Of a stretch of 42,926 bases of DNA, positions 41,945 through 42,926 are shown piece by piece (the stretch's first letter is position 1; each line of letters opens with the position of its first letter). The stretch covers positions 1 through 42,926 of the forward strand of contig PSRQ01000032.1 of the NCBI GenBank assembly GCA_003176165.1, given 5' to 3'. The DNA is from Candidatus Cerribacteria bacterium 'Amazon FNV 2010 28 9'. GTDB taxonomy: Bacteria > Patescibacteriota > Microgenomatia > UBA1400 > UBA12028. Made by a program: the position numbers and the translations under genes. The notes below the pieces were generated by a model that worked only from the letters and a program-made list of their open reading frames with translations, was not told where the DNA came from and did no database searches.

Positions 41945-42926
41945 ATGTCAAAAGAGCGTCGCTTTATGTTTGCAGAAAAAAGACCAAATTATTTACTTCC
42001 TGTAAAGAGAAAGAAGCGTGGGATTCCAGCAGTGCTAGACAACATACAACTTCTCCTCAATTATGAGAAATTAGAAGTATTCTGCCAAGAACTTCTTGCT
42101 GAAAATGGCATTGCTATTGTCGGAAATCAGTTGTATACATCGCGTCCCGATTTCTTGAACATGATTCATGAAGATGAACGAGATATAAATGGTTCTCACC
42201 GGTTTGGACGAGGTGCTGCAGATTCTTTGGGTGAGGGAACTGGTGGAGGCATTGTCTCAATACCAACGGGGTCAGTGTGGGAGCGCATCCGTGATATTGC
42301 GACCCCTGACTTCAAAGCTGGTGCGATTTACAAAAAAGCGATGCCTCACGCGCAAGAAATCTTTTATGCGTATTGTCAAGAGGTAGCAGCCCAATTACAA
42401 CAAGAAGCTTGGCAGGATGGAGAGCTCCCTATGGATGGGGAGGTTCCTATTTTTGCTGATTTGCGTCGTCTGACAGAGGAAGTCGCGACAGCACATTTGT
42501 ATCCTGAGTTTTCATCCGAAATGCACCACAGTGAGTATCAACGGATCTTGGAAAACTTTAAATCTGCAGTTACGGTAGCAGGAGTACCTGCTCTCATAGG
42601 CATTCATCTTCCTCCGTTTTTAGTTGATCAAGCGAGAGAGAAACTTCAAGCAACATGTTTGGAGCTAATGCAACAACCTGCTGTCCGTGCTGCGGAAGCA
42701 AAAGATCCAAGTTTACTTGGAAAGCTTGCCAATGAGTTTTTACTCAATGGTGAGACTGACTTATTTGTCGGGACAGTTACCGAGATTATTTCTGCAGGAA
42801 GTGAAACGGCGTCTGCCATCGCTTCATTTAGCGTGAAAGAACTGACAAGACCAGAGAGTGCCCAGTGGCAACAACAGATTTTACAAGAGATGAAAGACGC
42901 TGGTGTTGTTTTGACAGCATCCCCAA
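41945..42926 (+). CDS. Cytochrome P450, N-terminal ~327 aa (runs off the right edge)
   Basis: Manual translation: C-helix GIVSIPTGSVWERIRDIATPDF (WxxxR), E-helix DLRRLTEEV, I-helix EIISAGSETAS (AGxET), J-helix QQQILQEM. AAGGAGA RBS. Absent from the ORF track. Confidence 0.8.
   Translation, partial: MSKERRFMFAEKRPNYLLPVKRKKRGIPAVLDNIQLLLNYEKLEVFCQELLAENGIAIVGNQLYTSRPDFLNMIHEDERDINGSHRFGRGAADSLGEGTGGGIVSIPTGSVWERIRDIATPDFKAGAIYKKAMPHAQEIFYAYCQEVAAQLQQEAWQDGELPMDGEVPIFADLRRLTEEVATAHLYPEFSSEMHHSEYQRILENFKSAVTVAGVPALIGIHLPPFLVDQAREKLQATCLELMQQPAVRAAEAKDPSLLGKLANEFLLNGETDLFVGTVTEIISAGSETASAIASFSVKELTRPESAQWQQQILQEMKDAGVVLTASP

Overview
This window is the replication-origin region of a small-genome bacterium, most likely Patescibacteria/CPR (Microgenomates-like). 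That call is an inference from the DUF4012 protein, the short ValS and SufD, and several small proteins of CPR type. The genetic code is standard code 11. From left to right it holds: the 5' part of dnaA (-), a DnaA-box cluster (probable oriC), rpmH-rnpA-yidD-yidC-jag-small ORF-rnhA, a DUF4012 protein, rplY and valS. Next come an SPFH protein, a PAS kinase with a receiver protein, two Nudix fusions, VanW, a sugar-binding protein and nucleotidyltransferases. A suf Fe-S operon (sufC, B, D, S, U) follows, interrupted by accessory ORFs including a Hanks-type kinase. After it lie yjjX, an FNR-like reductase, a [3Fe-4S]-type ferredoxin, DsbA, SufT, four tRNAs and Nudix-MazG. The window ends with a 929-aa class III cyclase-like protein, an SRPBCC protein and a cytochrome P450 that runs off the right edge and is missing from the ORF track. 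The most unusual signals are: (1) a structurally intact tRNA-Ser with an ACU anticodon, alongside tRNA-Arg(GCG); (2) a P450 with a candidate FNR/ferredoxin chain in a CPR-like genome; (3) a divergent multi-domain cyclase; (4) heptamer-repeat hairpins and nested palindromic elements, some inserted in frame in housekeeping genes; (5) structured tRNA-flanking elements, including a duplicated tRNA 3' end; (6) many leaderless-type promoters. All protein calls come from motif recognition by eye, with no database searches.
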